This document shows, piece by piece, positions 36,851 through 49,500 of a stretch of DNA of 64,000 nt. The notes below the pieces were generated by a model, which was not told the DNA's origin, did no database searches, and saw only the letters and a program-made list of their open reading frames with translations. The DNA comes from Malacoraja senta (lineage: Eukaryota). The translations under genes were made by a program, and so were the position numbers. How positions within the stretch are numbered: position 1 is the first letter of the stretch; each line of letters opens with the position of its first letter. The DNA is taken from positions 1 to 64,000 of the forward strand of contig JAXLNO010004139.1 in assembly GCA_038087875.1 (NCBI GenBank). The letters are read 5' to 3'.

Positions 36851-37631
36851 TGTAAATCCTGGCCAAAATTTAGCAGAGGATTCATGCATTGCAAGGCCAT
36901 TTTGGTCAACTCTGTTTCTGTATATAAAAAGACAAGCTGCTGACTGGTGCCAGGAAGTCTAGGTCCCAGATCAATGTTGCAGATAAGAAATGTATGAGTA
37001 TCTCTTCCTTTGTATGAATGAGATTCTTGCAGAGGACCTCCAAAGAAATATAAATGCATCGTTGATTGGGATCGCTGCAAAAGAATTGTAAATAATGTTG
37101 CAAGACAGTTACCCTGCTGTTTGTTGATTGGCCAAAGTGTTAAGCCCTGGCAGGATTGTTTTGGGTTCCAGGGTAAATGTTGCATTATTCAGTTAGTTAG
37201 CTTCATTCCAGAAGCTTTTCCAAGAAACAATGTATGGGAGACTCTGTAATTGGTTTGGGGAACTGTCAATAATGTATTGATGTGATTAATATGTTTATTG
37301 GACTGTAAAGAGACCACCCCTATGTAGTTCAGCCCCTCAAGGTTCGTGGACCTATAAAAGGTGGCTCCATCTTAGATCGAGGTCGATCTTCTGGTGGAAC
37401 GTTTGGGACTGCGTGAACCTTTTGGAGTGTTTCTGCTTGCACGAGGCTGAAGGGCTTGGCCAGGCAGAGACAATGATCAAACCCACGGTGGTTTAGGTGT
37501 CGTATAGGGGAATTTGCTGTTCAATCTAAAAATAAAGTTTACTTGTTCCAGTGCTTGACTCAGTGTTTTTTGACTGAACCAGACTGGGGGGGGGGGGGGT
37601 GGGTGGGAAGCTTTAGAAGAGCGTATTTACA
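36851..37631 (+). mobile_element. Probable solo LTR (5' boundary uncertain)
   Basis: TGTAAAT...ATTTACA ends, TATAAAA at 37353 and AATAAA at 37531. The U5 motif matches the LTR at 15894. Flanks AAAC / AACC are an imperfect TSD. Confidence 0.65.
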
Positions 37632-39829
37632 AACCAGCCTGTACTCTCCCACCGCTGGACTGACCTTCTGCAGTTGGACGACCTCACGAATAGTGCCCGA
37701 CCACATCCCTGCTTCAGCTGCCTTGATAAACGTGGCTTCCAGTTCTAATCCATCATGGACTGCAAGTACGGCACAGTGGTGCAGCGGTAGAGCTGCTGCC
37801 TAACAACACAAGACCTGGGTTCGATCCTGACTATGGCTGCTATGTGTACAGAGTTTGTAAGTTCTCCCTGTGACTACATAGCTTTTCTCTGGAAGGTCCG
37901 GTTTCCTCCCACATTCCAAAGATGTGCAAGTTTATGAGATAATTGGCTTCAGTGAATTACTCCATGTGTTAAAGATGCAAAATTGGTATAATATAGAATT
38001 AGTGTACGGGTGATCATTGGTCAGCGTGGACTTGGTGGGTCAAAGGGCCTGTTTCCATGCTGTATCTCTGAACTACAAGCTGTATCTCTAAACTCAATTG
38101 GAGAACATGGATGTTTCAGGGCAGGACCCAACTTGACACGTCACCTATCCATGGATGCCGCCTGATCCCCTGAGATACTCTAGAACTCTGTGTCCTTTTT
38201 TTTTTGTTAACCAGCAACTGCAGTTCCTTGTTTCTATCAAGTATTCCCCCAGATCGTGTACTGTTGGCAATGTTAGCCACTCTTCATAAAGTTGAAAAAA
38301 AATCTTTTCAGACACGTGCCTTAAAACTAAAGGACCCGAGAGAGAGAGTGTGTGTGTGTGCATGTGTGGGCGCATGCGCGTGTGTGTTTAGTTATACAGT
38401 GTGGAAACATGCCCTTCGGCCCACCAAGTCTCCACCGACCAGCATAACCTACACACTCAGGACAATTTAAACAAACAACTGACCAACAAACCTGCACATC
38501 TTTGGGATGTGGCAGGAAATTGGACCACTGAGACAAAACCCACGTGGTCACTGGGAAGCATACAAACTCTGTACAGACAGCAGCCATAGGCAGGATCGAA
38601 CCCGGGTCTCTGGCACAGTAAGGAAGCAACTTTACCACTGCGACACTGTGCCACCCGCTGAGGTGCGGGGGGATCGGGGGCGCAGTTTGGGGTGGGATTG
38701 GCTGAGTTGGAAGGACGTAGACAGATGATGTGAAGAGTGTGCTTATTCACAAATGTGACCAATGCACTGCAGTTTACGGTAAATCTTCTGCCTTAACTCA
38801 ATGGAGTTGAATACAATTTACAACACTGACACTGACATGTGTTTTCGCAAATAGAAAAACACTGCGACAACATCATCTCTCATTTATACACCACTCTTAC
38901 CAAAGCAAAACCTTGAAAAACGTTGAACAGCAATATCATCAAACAATCTTTGGTACTGAAGAACACAAGGAAATATCAGCACAGATGACCAAAAGCTTGC
39001 CAATAGGGGAGGCTTTAAAGGCAATCTTAAGAGAAGAAAAGAGGTAGAGAGACAAAGATTTAGGAAAGGAATTCTAGAGCTTGGACCTTTGGCAGCAGAA
39101 AGCATAGTTGCAAAATTAATTCTTGATTCTTGATTGTCCCAAAATTTAGGGTGCAGTTCTGATCAACACATAGTAGGAAATATTTGATAGCATAGGAGCA
39201 ACTGCAGAGGAGATTCACTAGGGTGTGGTTTGAAATGGATCATTTCAGTTGTGAGGCTGTATGTTTTCTGTGAAGAAGAGAAGGTTAAGAGGAGACAAAG
39301 TTGTGGTATATAAAATTACTAGGGATACAGATAGGGTAGACAGTAGGAAGCTTTTCCCTATACAATAGGTGAATAAAACCAGAGGATGAGGTTTTAGGGT
39401 AACAAGCAAGATTGAGAGATGGTTGTGAAGATGATGTTTCTCATTCAGAGAGTGGTGAGTACTTGGAACATGCTGCAGGAGAGAGTGTTGAATTAATGCA
39501 GATGAGTGCCATCTGGTCAGCATGCAGATGGTGAGCTGAATGTCTTATTTCTAAGCTGCACAACTTTATGATGAAGTGCTATCCATCTGGCCACCTGGTC
39601 ACTCACCTCCTGCTCCATCTGTGGAAGCATCTGTCTTTTCCTTCATTGGCCTCACTAGCTACCTGAGAACCCACAGAACTGGAATGGGATCAAGGAAGAC
39701 TTGATCCCATGAGAGAGACTATTTATGAAGAAGAATGTTGAATGAGAGTTGTTACAAGTTATCAGATTTTTTGTGCAGGTTTACAGAGAATAGAATAGTG
39801 GAAACTGGCCAGGATTGTGTTGGATCATG

Positions 39830-41530
39830 GAGCTTTGCAACATGGTGTCAAGGCAACAACCTCTCCCTCAATGTCAGCAAGTCAAAGGAGCTGGTTATTG
39901 ATTTCAGGATGCAAGGTGGAGAACATACCCCGATTATCATCTAAGGTGCCAATGTGGAGATTTTCGAGAGCTTCAAGTTCCTACGTGTACATATAACAAC
40001 AATTTGTCCTAGATACTTGCATTGAACCTATATCCAAGAAATCACACCAACACATCTTCATCCTCAGAAAACCAAGGACGTTTGGCATGTCTACAACAAC
40101 TATTGCCGACTTCTACAAATGCACAGTAGAATGCATCCTATCACATGCATCACTGTTTGATTTGGAAACAGTTCTGCCCAAGACAGCAAAAATAATTACA
40201 GGAAGTTGTGGATATAGCCCAGTTTTTCATACAGAACCCCACCATCAGGAAAGCAGCCAATATAGTCAAGGACCTTTCTCACACTGGCCATTCCTCTTCT
40301 CCCCTCTTCTGGTGGGCAGAAGTCATAGAGACATACAGTATGGAAACTGTACTTTGGCCCAGCTCATCCATGTTGATCAAGATGCTACTTCTTAGTTGGT
40401 CCCATTCATCTGCATTTGGCCCATATCTCTCTAAACCTTTCCTATCCACATACCTGACCAAATGTCTTTTAAATGTTATTTAAAAGTGCCTCAACCACTT
40501 CTGTAGACACAAAAAGCTGGAGTAACTCAGTGGGACAGGCAGCATCTCTGGAGAGGAGGAACCGGTAACGTTTTGGGTCGAGACCAACGTCTTGACCTGA
40601 AAAACACCCATTCCTTCTCTCTAGAGATGCTGCCTGATGTTACTCCAGCTTTTTGTGTCTATCTTCAGTTTAAACCACCATCTGCATTTCCTTCCTACAC
40701 ATTTCACCTGCTTCCTTATTTGACGTACCAACCACCCTCTGCGTGAAAAAATGACCCCTCAATCTTTTCCTTCTCATCTTAAACCTATGCCCTCTACTTC
40801 TTGAGTCCCCTACCTTGGGATAAAGATTTTGTGCATCTGGTCCCTTCAATTATATACACTTCCATAAGATCACCCCTCATCCTCCCGAGCTGAAAGGAAT
40901 AAACTCCTAGCCAGCCCAACCTCTCAATATAGCTCAGACCCTCAATTCCTGAAAAATCTTCTCTTTCCAGCATAATGACATATTTCCTGTGGCAGGGTGA
41001 CCAAAACTGAGCACAATACTCCAAGTGCCACCTCAGTAACATCTTGTGCAATGGTAATATAACATCCCAACTTCTATTCTTAATTCCCTGACTGATGAAG
41101 GTAGGCATGCCAAAAGCCTCCGCCACACCAAATAACTGTGTTGCCACTTTCAGGGAACTATGTATTTGTACTCCTTGATTCCTCTGCTCTACCACACTCT
41201 CCAGGGCCCTACCGAAGATACAAAAGCCAGAAAGCACACACCACCACTTTCAGAAACAGCTCCTTCCCCACCGTTATCAGACTACAGAACACTCCTCCCA
41301 TAAGCTGGGATGCAAACCTAATCTTCCAACCTACCTCATCGTGGAACATGGACTTTTTCTCTGTCGCGGTTACACTATAACACTTACATTATATCCTGCG
41401 ATCCGGTATTTTTCTCTTTGCACTACCTGTTGACTCTGTATGACTTGATTGCACTCATGTATGGTATGATTTGACTGGATAGCAATAACATAAAGCTTCT
41501 CACTACATCCCTGTGCATGTGACAATAAAC
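39830..41530 (+). mobile_element. Rex/Babar 3' fragment, interrupted by CR1 (40322-41205, -), itself interrupted by a Penelope fold-back (40502-40700)
   Basis: WCQGNNLSLNVSKSKELVIDFR and FYKCTVECIL motifs. The Rex tail resumes at ~41210. CR1 HLEYCAQFWSP is on the minus strand. Confidence 0.8.
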
Positions 41531-44500
41531 CAATATTAATAGCAAATAGTTATGCCTGTAAAGCATGAGGTATGAGCAGCAAATGAGCTGAAGAGTGATG
41601 GAGTCTGATGACCTTTTAGGTCAAAGAATGCAGATGCAACTAGCAGTAATTAATTATTGTATTGCTTCTGGGAGACTTCTGGTGCTTGTTGGCTGAGCCC
41701 TGCCTTGGCAATAAAGGAAACATGAGATGAGTCTCATAAAGTTCGTGCACGGTTCTCCGTGAGAATAAGGCCCAAACAATAATCTGAAGATCAATTGAGA
41801 CCAATGTACAATAAATAGTCTTACCTAAAATAGAGCTACCATAATGAGACTGCTGTGAAGAAGAGATTTTAAATGGCATAGGAAATATTCTTCAGCTGTT
41901 AAAATTAAGGCATGGATTTGATTGGTCTCTTTAAAGCCTCCAGCCATGACCTGTAAGTGTTATGGGAAGAAATATGAGGTATAAGCCATGTTAAGTGATT
42001 GCACAACATTAGATTCATTGGTTTCTAATGATAGAAGAAATACTCTTTCATGTTCTGCTGTCCTAAGTTGTGTTCCCACGGTGACATGACTGGCCTTACC
42101 ATTGATTCTAAATTACTTTCCTCATTAAGCCATGTCTTGTATCTCACCGTGCCACACGGGCCTTCACTTTGAAACAGCTGAAGAGGTTAACAAGTTTTAA
42201 AATAGTCCTCTGTTGAGATTTAGCACTTTCTTACTTTCCAGCAGGATGCGTGTGACAAAGAGAAAATCGGTAATGAGTGAGAACAAATCAGTACCCTGGG
42301 ATAAGCTGAACCTGATGAAATATCATGAAAAGAATTGAAAGTGATGTGTGCAGTAAAAGTTCGATTTTCTTGCACATTGGCTTTTGATGGTTGCAATGTA
42401 GGTGTTTATTCTCTGTCTGACACTGCTTCAGCCCTGTTGTCCATTATGTAGCTGTTTCAATCTCCATTTAGTGTTATTCTGCCCTTTGGATCCTAATCGC
42501 CTGAATGTACACATGTACAACATAACCCCTCAGGGCCATAACTTACTTTAAAAATCTTGTATTGGGAAAAAAATATGACATGCAAATTAGACTCTTGGCT
42601 CTTCCAATCAACGTTTAAAGATGTCAAAGACAATCATTACAATGTTTTCCAAAAAAAAATCATCCATAGATTTAAGTTTAAATTAAAAATGACCTTATTC
42701 ATGTGTTTGAATGCTTTTGCTCTCAGTGAGCTGCTAACAGGGCGGGTTAATGAAAATACAGGAAAGACTCTGGCCTGTATGTATAGCATTATTTTGATGT
42801 TATATTTTATTGTCCTCATAGGAACCTCTGCCAATCTATCCCATTGATCTTCACAAATAAACTATATGTATGGTTCCTGAGAGCATTGCTGTGTTGATCT
42901 AATGCTAGGGTCTCGACCCGAAACGTCGCCCATTCCTTCTCTCCAGAGATGCTGCCTGTCCCGCTGAGTTACTCCAGCATTTTGTGTCGACCTTTGATCT
43001 AATGCTATTTCTCTTGCTTATCACACTGCTGGGAGGATCACTTTGAAAGCTGGAGCGTAAAGCACAATAACTCTCGGTGCCTGCCTTTCCTTTTGGCACT
43101 AGCTGGCATACAACATCGGAAAAGCCAGAGTTAAAGATGACATGGACTGCATTTATAAATCACTGCAAGATCTATGTCTGCAGTAAAGAATGCAATCTAA
43201 TTCAACTTTCCTGACCTCATTTTTATTAACAGTCTCTGCAAAAAATTCATCAATACAAATGTCAATATAATAAAAGCATCCGTGCATCTGGTCCATGTTA
43301 TTAAAATTATTGACATGCCCAAGTTGTTCACAACATTTGAGAGTTTTGTCCGATTTCCTTCAGTTTTCAATTAGAACAGGATTAAATTACTTTGAGTATT
43401 TAAACTATCTTTCTGACAAATCTACACGTTTTACTGATCTGTGCTTTTCTGATGTAATAGATTATTTGCCTATATGTTAAGAATAGCTTCCAGTCTCTGT
43501 TAAATTATTCATATGAGCAGATTATTATAAATCAAAGCACAGAAGCGAATAATCTGCCAAAATGGACAAACTTTAAGGTCCACGATGCACCTGCATAGAT
43601 ATGTTGCAATTCACTTTTACTTTTGAAAGTCTTGTATCATGGCATTATCATTTTGTTGAATAATAATAAGCTCTGCGCACAGCAAAAAAGCTCCAAAAAT
43701 AGCTCTGAATGCTACTTGTTGCGAATACGTATCCTGGCATCAGCCCATTCTGCACACAGCTTACGAAGAACACACAAAAACTGGCCCTACTTTAAAGAAA
43801 ATGGCCTCTTCCCAGTACCCACATGTTAACAAATGGTGCCTTGGTAAAAATAAAACAGCATTGTAATCAGGCTAGTGGATGGTGCCTAAATTTCAATGCA
43901 CCTTCTGCATAGAAAGGCAGTCATTGGAGGTCGATAAACAATAGTCATAGAATCATATAATATAGAAACAGGCCGCTCAGCTCATTATACGGGAAAACAG
44001 AAATTAGAAGAGTTAGGAGGACACCAAAGGACAATGCTGCAAATTATTCTTCATGATTTTAGTTTTAGAGATACAGCGCCAAACAGGCCCTTTGGCCCAC
44101 CGTGTCCGAGCCAACCAGCGATCCCCATACACCAGCACTATCCTACGCACTAGGAACAATATACAATTTTTACCAAAACCAATTTACCTACAAATCCATA
44201 TGTCTGAAATGTGGGGGAAACCAGAGTTCCCAGAGAAAACCAATGCAGCGGGGATAATGTACAAACTCCGTACAGACAACACTTGTAGTCAGAATCAAAC
44301 CCAGTCTCTGGTGCTGTAAGCCAGCAACTCAGCTGTAAGCCACTGCACCACCGCACCGTCCCCTGTTGACTGTTGCAGTCGATGATAAAAAAGTGACAAA
44401 AAAGCTGTAGAGGGGACTTCCAGAGGGCCAAGATAGCAATCTGTCTAACAAACAATGTTAAATGGAACAGCATGTCAATCTTGTAGGAAGGAACTGCAGA

Positions 44501-45724
44501 TGCTGGTTTACACCAAAGATAGACACAAAATGCTGGAGTAACTCGGGGGACAGGCAGTATCTCTGGAGAGAAGGAATGGGTGATGTAAATCTTCTCTGCA
44601 CCATTTCCAGCTTAATAACATAACTCATGCACTAAGAACATTGAGCAGAATCATTCAATTCATAAGGGGCCCATAAGGCTGCTGCTCCAGATCTGTTGGA
44701 GAGCTTTTCCAGTACACACAGAGAATGCACAGGGTTTCCGATGTTTAGTATAGAACAGAATACCAACCCTTTTAAATTTGCTGAGGATCGAGAAAAATAA
44801 TCCAATTGGCGATAATATTGAGTGCTGACAAGCTGTGCCTTGCAGAGCTCTTTGTTCTGCTAAGAATAGGAAAATCAGAAGCTCCGTTTGAACAGCATTT
44901 TCAAAAAATGGCCATTACAACTAAATCAATAGAATAGTTTAATTAGATCTATTTGTGCTTCACAGATCTTCTCCAGTTGTCTTGAAGTATCTTGTGTCCT
45001 GTTGACACACAAGAAGATCAATTATAGCCTACACTCTTGAAATGGTGGTAAACTTTGAAAGACCCGTGCATAGTGTGTATCTACATTGGTGATAAGATTT
45101 TAAAGTTGTCATGCAGACTAGTTAAATTATTTATTCCATTTGTTTACCTTATCTGAATTATCCCACTGAAAATGGCAACCAGATGAGTAGCTAATTGTTT
45201 TCTACCAGTTGCAATCTAGTGCGTGATGAATGAACAGCGATCAGGGTATAATTTCAAAGGCATAAACCCAAAGTAGGGGGCTAATGATGATCTTTTGCAA
45301 GGCTGAGCAGACCTGCTGGGCTATTTGATTTACCACCGTTTCCATTTCTTATGTTTATATGCACAATTGGGGATTTTCCAGCTGGCAGCCAGAGTAACAA
45401 CGCTGCTGCGGACATTTATCACTGCACTGTGCTCTATAGTCACCCGGTATCAATTCACAGGTAGTAGTCGCAAACGACAACTCTGTTCAATTTAATGGGA
45501 AGCAACAGCTATGTGCAAAGTATTTGGTAATTTACACTTTTTTAATAGTTTAATTGAATTTTTAATTGTTTTTATATGTTCTTAACTGTCTTAACTTTTG
45601 TTAATTCTTAGTGTTTTTTAAATATTTTAATTATTTGATTTTTAATTAGAATGGTTTTGGATATTTCTAACTGAGGCATTATGAAACATATTGAGATTCT
45701 GACAGGTTTAGGCACAAGGCTGAG

Positions 45725-45960
45725 TGATACAGCATTGAAACAGGCCCTTCAGCTCAACTTTTCCACACTGACCAACATATCCCATCTATGCAAGTCCCAC
45801 CTGCCTGTATTTGCCCCATATTCCTCAAAACCTGTCCTATCCGTGTACCTGTCTAAATGTTTCTTAAACGTTTTGATAGTACCTGCCTCAACTACCTCCT
45901 CCAGCAGCTCATTCCATACACTCACCACCATTTATGTGAAAATGTTACCCCTCAGGTTCC
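45725..45960 (-). mobile_element. CR1 3' end fragment. Similar short fragments at ~39165-39570 (+), 48715-48990 (-), 49862-50090 (-), 51368-51765 (-), 53360-53565 (-), 58685-58820 (+)
   Basis: WNELLEEVVEAGTI.TFK.HLD motif and CR1 3' UTR. Confidence 0.75.
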
Positions 45961-45983
45961 CAGTAAGCTGTCAATGATTTTCA

Positions 45984-46500
45984 AAGATAGCCACAAAGTG
46001 CTGGCGTAAATCAGCGGGTCAGGCAGCATCCCTGGAGAACATGGAAGAGTGACATTTCAGCTCAGAACCCTTCTTCAGACTGAGTTATGAGGGGCAAGAC
46101 AGTAATAGGTGAACACCGGTGAGGGGGGGGGTTGTTAGGCAGATTATTGGACAAATGCCAGAGATAGAGTGACGGGTGTGAGCCCAAAAGGATAAAGAAT
46201 TGCAAATTGTTTCAACCGATCGGGAAGCATCTCTGGAGAAAAGGAACAGGTGACGTTTCGGGTTGGAACCTTTCTTCAGACCCAAGTCGTCACCTATTCC
46301 TTTTTACAAGAAATGCTACCTGACCTGCTGAATAAATCAGGAGTATCAAGAAATGCTACCTGACCTGCTGAATAAATCAGGAATATCAATGTCAATCACA
46401 AATTTACCACTTTCAATATATTTAGTCTGGTGAAGGAAATTCTCCAGCATTTTGTGTCTACCTTTGATGTAAACCAGCATCTGCAGTTCCTTCCTACACA
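45984..46500. mobile_element. Penelope-derived fold-back composite
   Basis: Two + arms (45984-46082, 46225-46280) and an inverted arm (46287-46500). Confidence 0.75.
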
Positions 46501-49500
46501 TGCAAATTATTTCAACTGCTTTGTGGATTAAGCTTCTCCTGTGGCTCCCACTCCCACTCGCGTCCCGCCACTTGTGTGAGGGCAGCCATGTGCACAAAGA
46601 TCTACTGCTGTGAGGGATCTCATCACTGAGGTTCTGGCTGTCAATGAGCTGCGACCTGATACTGAGGGGCCAAAAAAGGTTAGTTCAACCTTTTTATCCA
46701 AGGTCAGCATCTTACACAGGTAGTTCACCCCGGCAGAAACTGATCTTCATTTCTCTTGTCAAAAAAATGATGTCATGAGGCGGCACAGTGGGGCAGCGGT
46801 GGAGTCGTTGCCCTACAGCGCCAGAGACACTGGTTCTATCCTGACTAGGAATGCTATCTGAACAGAGTTTGTAAGTTCTCCCTGTGACCATGTGGGTTTT
46901 CTCCGGGTGCTCCGGTTTCATCCCACATTCCAAAGACGCAGAGGTTTGTAGGTTAATTGGCTTCTGTAAATTCTCCCTAGTGCACTGGATAGAACTAGTG
47001 TATGGGTGATTGTTGATTGGCACAGACTCGGTGGGTCGAAGGACCTGTTTCCACACTGTATCTCTAAACTAAACTAAAAGGTATAAATAAGATTTACTTG
47101 GGATATAAATTGGGTCACCAATAAATTGGAAGAAACCAGAACTGTCTCTTTGGGCATAAATCATTTTGATACAATATGAAATGAGAATGTCGAATTTCCT
47201 TCACCAGACTAAATATATTGAAAGTTGTAAATTTGTGATTGACATTGATACTCCTGATTTATTGATTATTTATAGTGACATAAGGTATATTTAGCACAAC
47301 CTAAACAACCCTGAATTTTCACTCAAGCTGATATTTCAAAACAGCAGTCTGCTACAATACAAAAATAAATTAAGTTGTCAAATAATCTTAAAATATATCT
47401 AGCTCAAGACATTTATCTTTTCACTGCCTCTTCCCATCCTGCACTGATTAGCTCACGCCACGAACAAGATGTCATTATGATATTTCTGCCTTCTCTAAAA
47501 GGTATGTTTTAATAACTCTTACTATGAAACTGTTGTTTTCCAGTATTTTTGTTGGACAGGATAATTTTCTATGATTATTAAGTACTGCTGCCATCTGCAG
47601 GGTTTATTAGTTTTTTTTAAACAGCCCAAAACCCATGTGATAAGCCCAGGGATGCTCAAGGGCAACATGCATAAATAGTTCTTATTATTCTGATTTCCAT
47701 CCTCATCTTCTGCCATGTTCACTTGTCACAAATGTTCTTCAGACACAAAGTGGGCAAGGAAGCTTCAGTCACTGATGTCTCTGTCACACCATGCCCATTA
47801 AAACAAAATGGGACTAGAACAGATTGATATGGATGGTGTTATCTTTCCCTTTTAACATGTACATCGTCTCTTATTTTCCATTAAAAAATTCTTAAACAGT
47901 TTGATTGGAGAGCTAATTCAATGGTTACCAGAGTAAAGCGAGTAGGTGAGGAAGTTAAAAGTGACTGTAATCCTCAAATACACCATATTGTGGTTAAAAG
48001 TCAAGTTATTCACCTGCTGAGCTATTGTCTTCCAGTGCAAACCAAAATTTGGTGTAGTTCCATATTCTAGCTGGAAGGATCAGTGGAAAGGATCAGATAT
48101 GTTCTATTGCCACTGTTCTTAGTGTTCTGCCTGATACTCGGGGAACAGGTATGTGCTTATAAAGAAGCATATTATCATAGAGTGAAATGGATTTAGCAAG
48201 AAGCGTCACAATAAAAACGAATTACGCATTTCAAACTCTGATTGTAGACTCGATTACAGTCATTTTCTGAGACCAAGACTATTTCAAATAAAACAATGAT
48301 TTCATCCACATTAAGGAAACACAAGAAAGGAAATCAATTCTTGGGTTTGTGCAATCATGAGCACTTCAGAAAATAATAAGAGTTTAGGAGCGGCTCACCT
48401 TTTTGACCAGATAGTAGCAGCTCCCAGATACAGAGAAGAAAACCTCAATCCAAACGTTTAGGAAACCAGAGTAAAGTTTTTATTTTTGGTTATCTGTAGC
48501 CCAACAGAGGCAAAAAGAGGCCACATTTCAGAAAGGCCATCTGAAGATTATGCAGGTTAATTAAATAAAGAGAATCTTGAAATATAGGTTAATGCAAGCC
48601 TGGGATGTTTGAGACCTTTCTGCATAAACGCATTTTCAGTGAATAATATGTTGTACAAACTCTTCCAGCATCTGGAGTAAAAGACGCACAATCTCCGCCT
48701 TAAAAATATCTGTTGACTTGGTCTCCTCAGCCTCCTGTAGCAATGAATTCCAGAGATTCACCACCCTCTGACTAAAGATATCCCTCCTCGTCTTTCTAAA
48801 GGTACGTCCTTTTCTTCTGAGGCTATGGACTCTGGTCCTGGACTATCCCACTAGTGGAAACATCCTCTCCACAACAACTCTATCTAGGCCTTTCACTATT
48901 CGATAAGTTTCAATGAGTTTTCCCCTCATCCTTCTAAACTCCAATGAGTAGAGGTCCAGTGCCGTCAAACGTTCACCAAATGTTAACCCAACCATGGGAG
49001 CCCTGCAGTTTTATCCCTTCCCTTGTTTGAGGCGCTTCTGCACTGACTCTGCCCCTCAATGTCACGCAGTGGGAGGCCCCCCGACTGTGGTCGTCACTCA
49101 CAGAGCTTTGACATAATTCTGTCCAAGCATCAGCGAGTTCTTCAGCACGTGCTCCTACATCTGGAACGGGCCATTTGGCAACATTCCCTGACGGACATCT
49201 CACTCTGCTGGGAGGCCAACAAATCTTGGGCCAAAGAGCGTCTTTCTCTGAGTTGATGTCCGTCTCTGAATTGTACAATGTATTCCCAAGCGTGGCCCAA
49301 TCAATTGTTTGTGAAGATTGTTGTTTGCATTTTCATAGGCATCTTTAAGAACTGCTTGCGAAGATTGTGCCTGCTGTATTTCACACTGCGAACAGTGAGA
49401 AATTGCAGCACATCAATAGGGAACATCAGTGTCACTTTCACAATGGTGATAGACAATGAAACCTGAAGTAATTGTTCTGTGAACCTGGCAACTTCTCTTT

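Noticed and set aside
42242-42275. Possible micro-exon (TTTCCAG|CAGGATGCG...ATCG|GTAATG)
   Set aside because: Splice-like motifs of this quality occur by chance in 64 kb; there is no supporting evidence.
46778-46850. tRNA-like sequences with A/B boxes
   Set aside because: They are heads of V-SINEs continuing into the V-domain, not tRNA genes.
48973-49466. Unique GC-balanced stretch with ORFs of 60-100 aa
   Set aside because: The frames I translated are interrupted or unrecognisable, so I cannot support it as coding.
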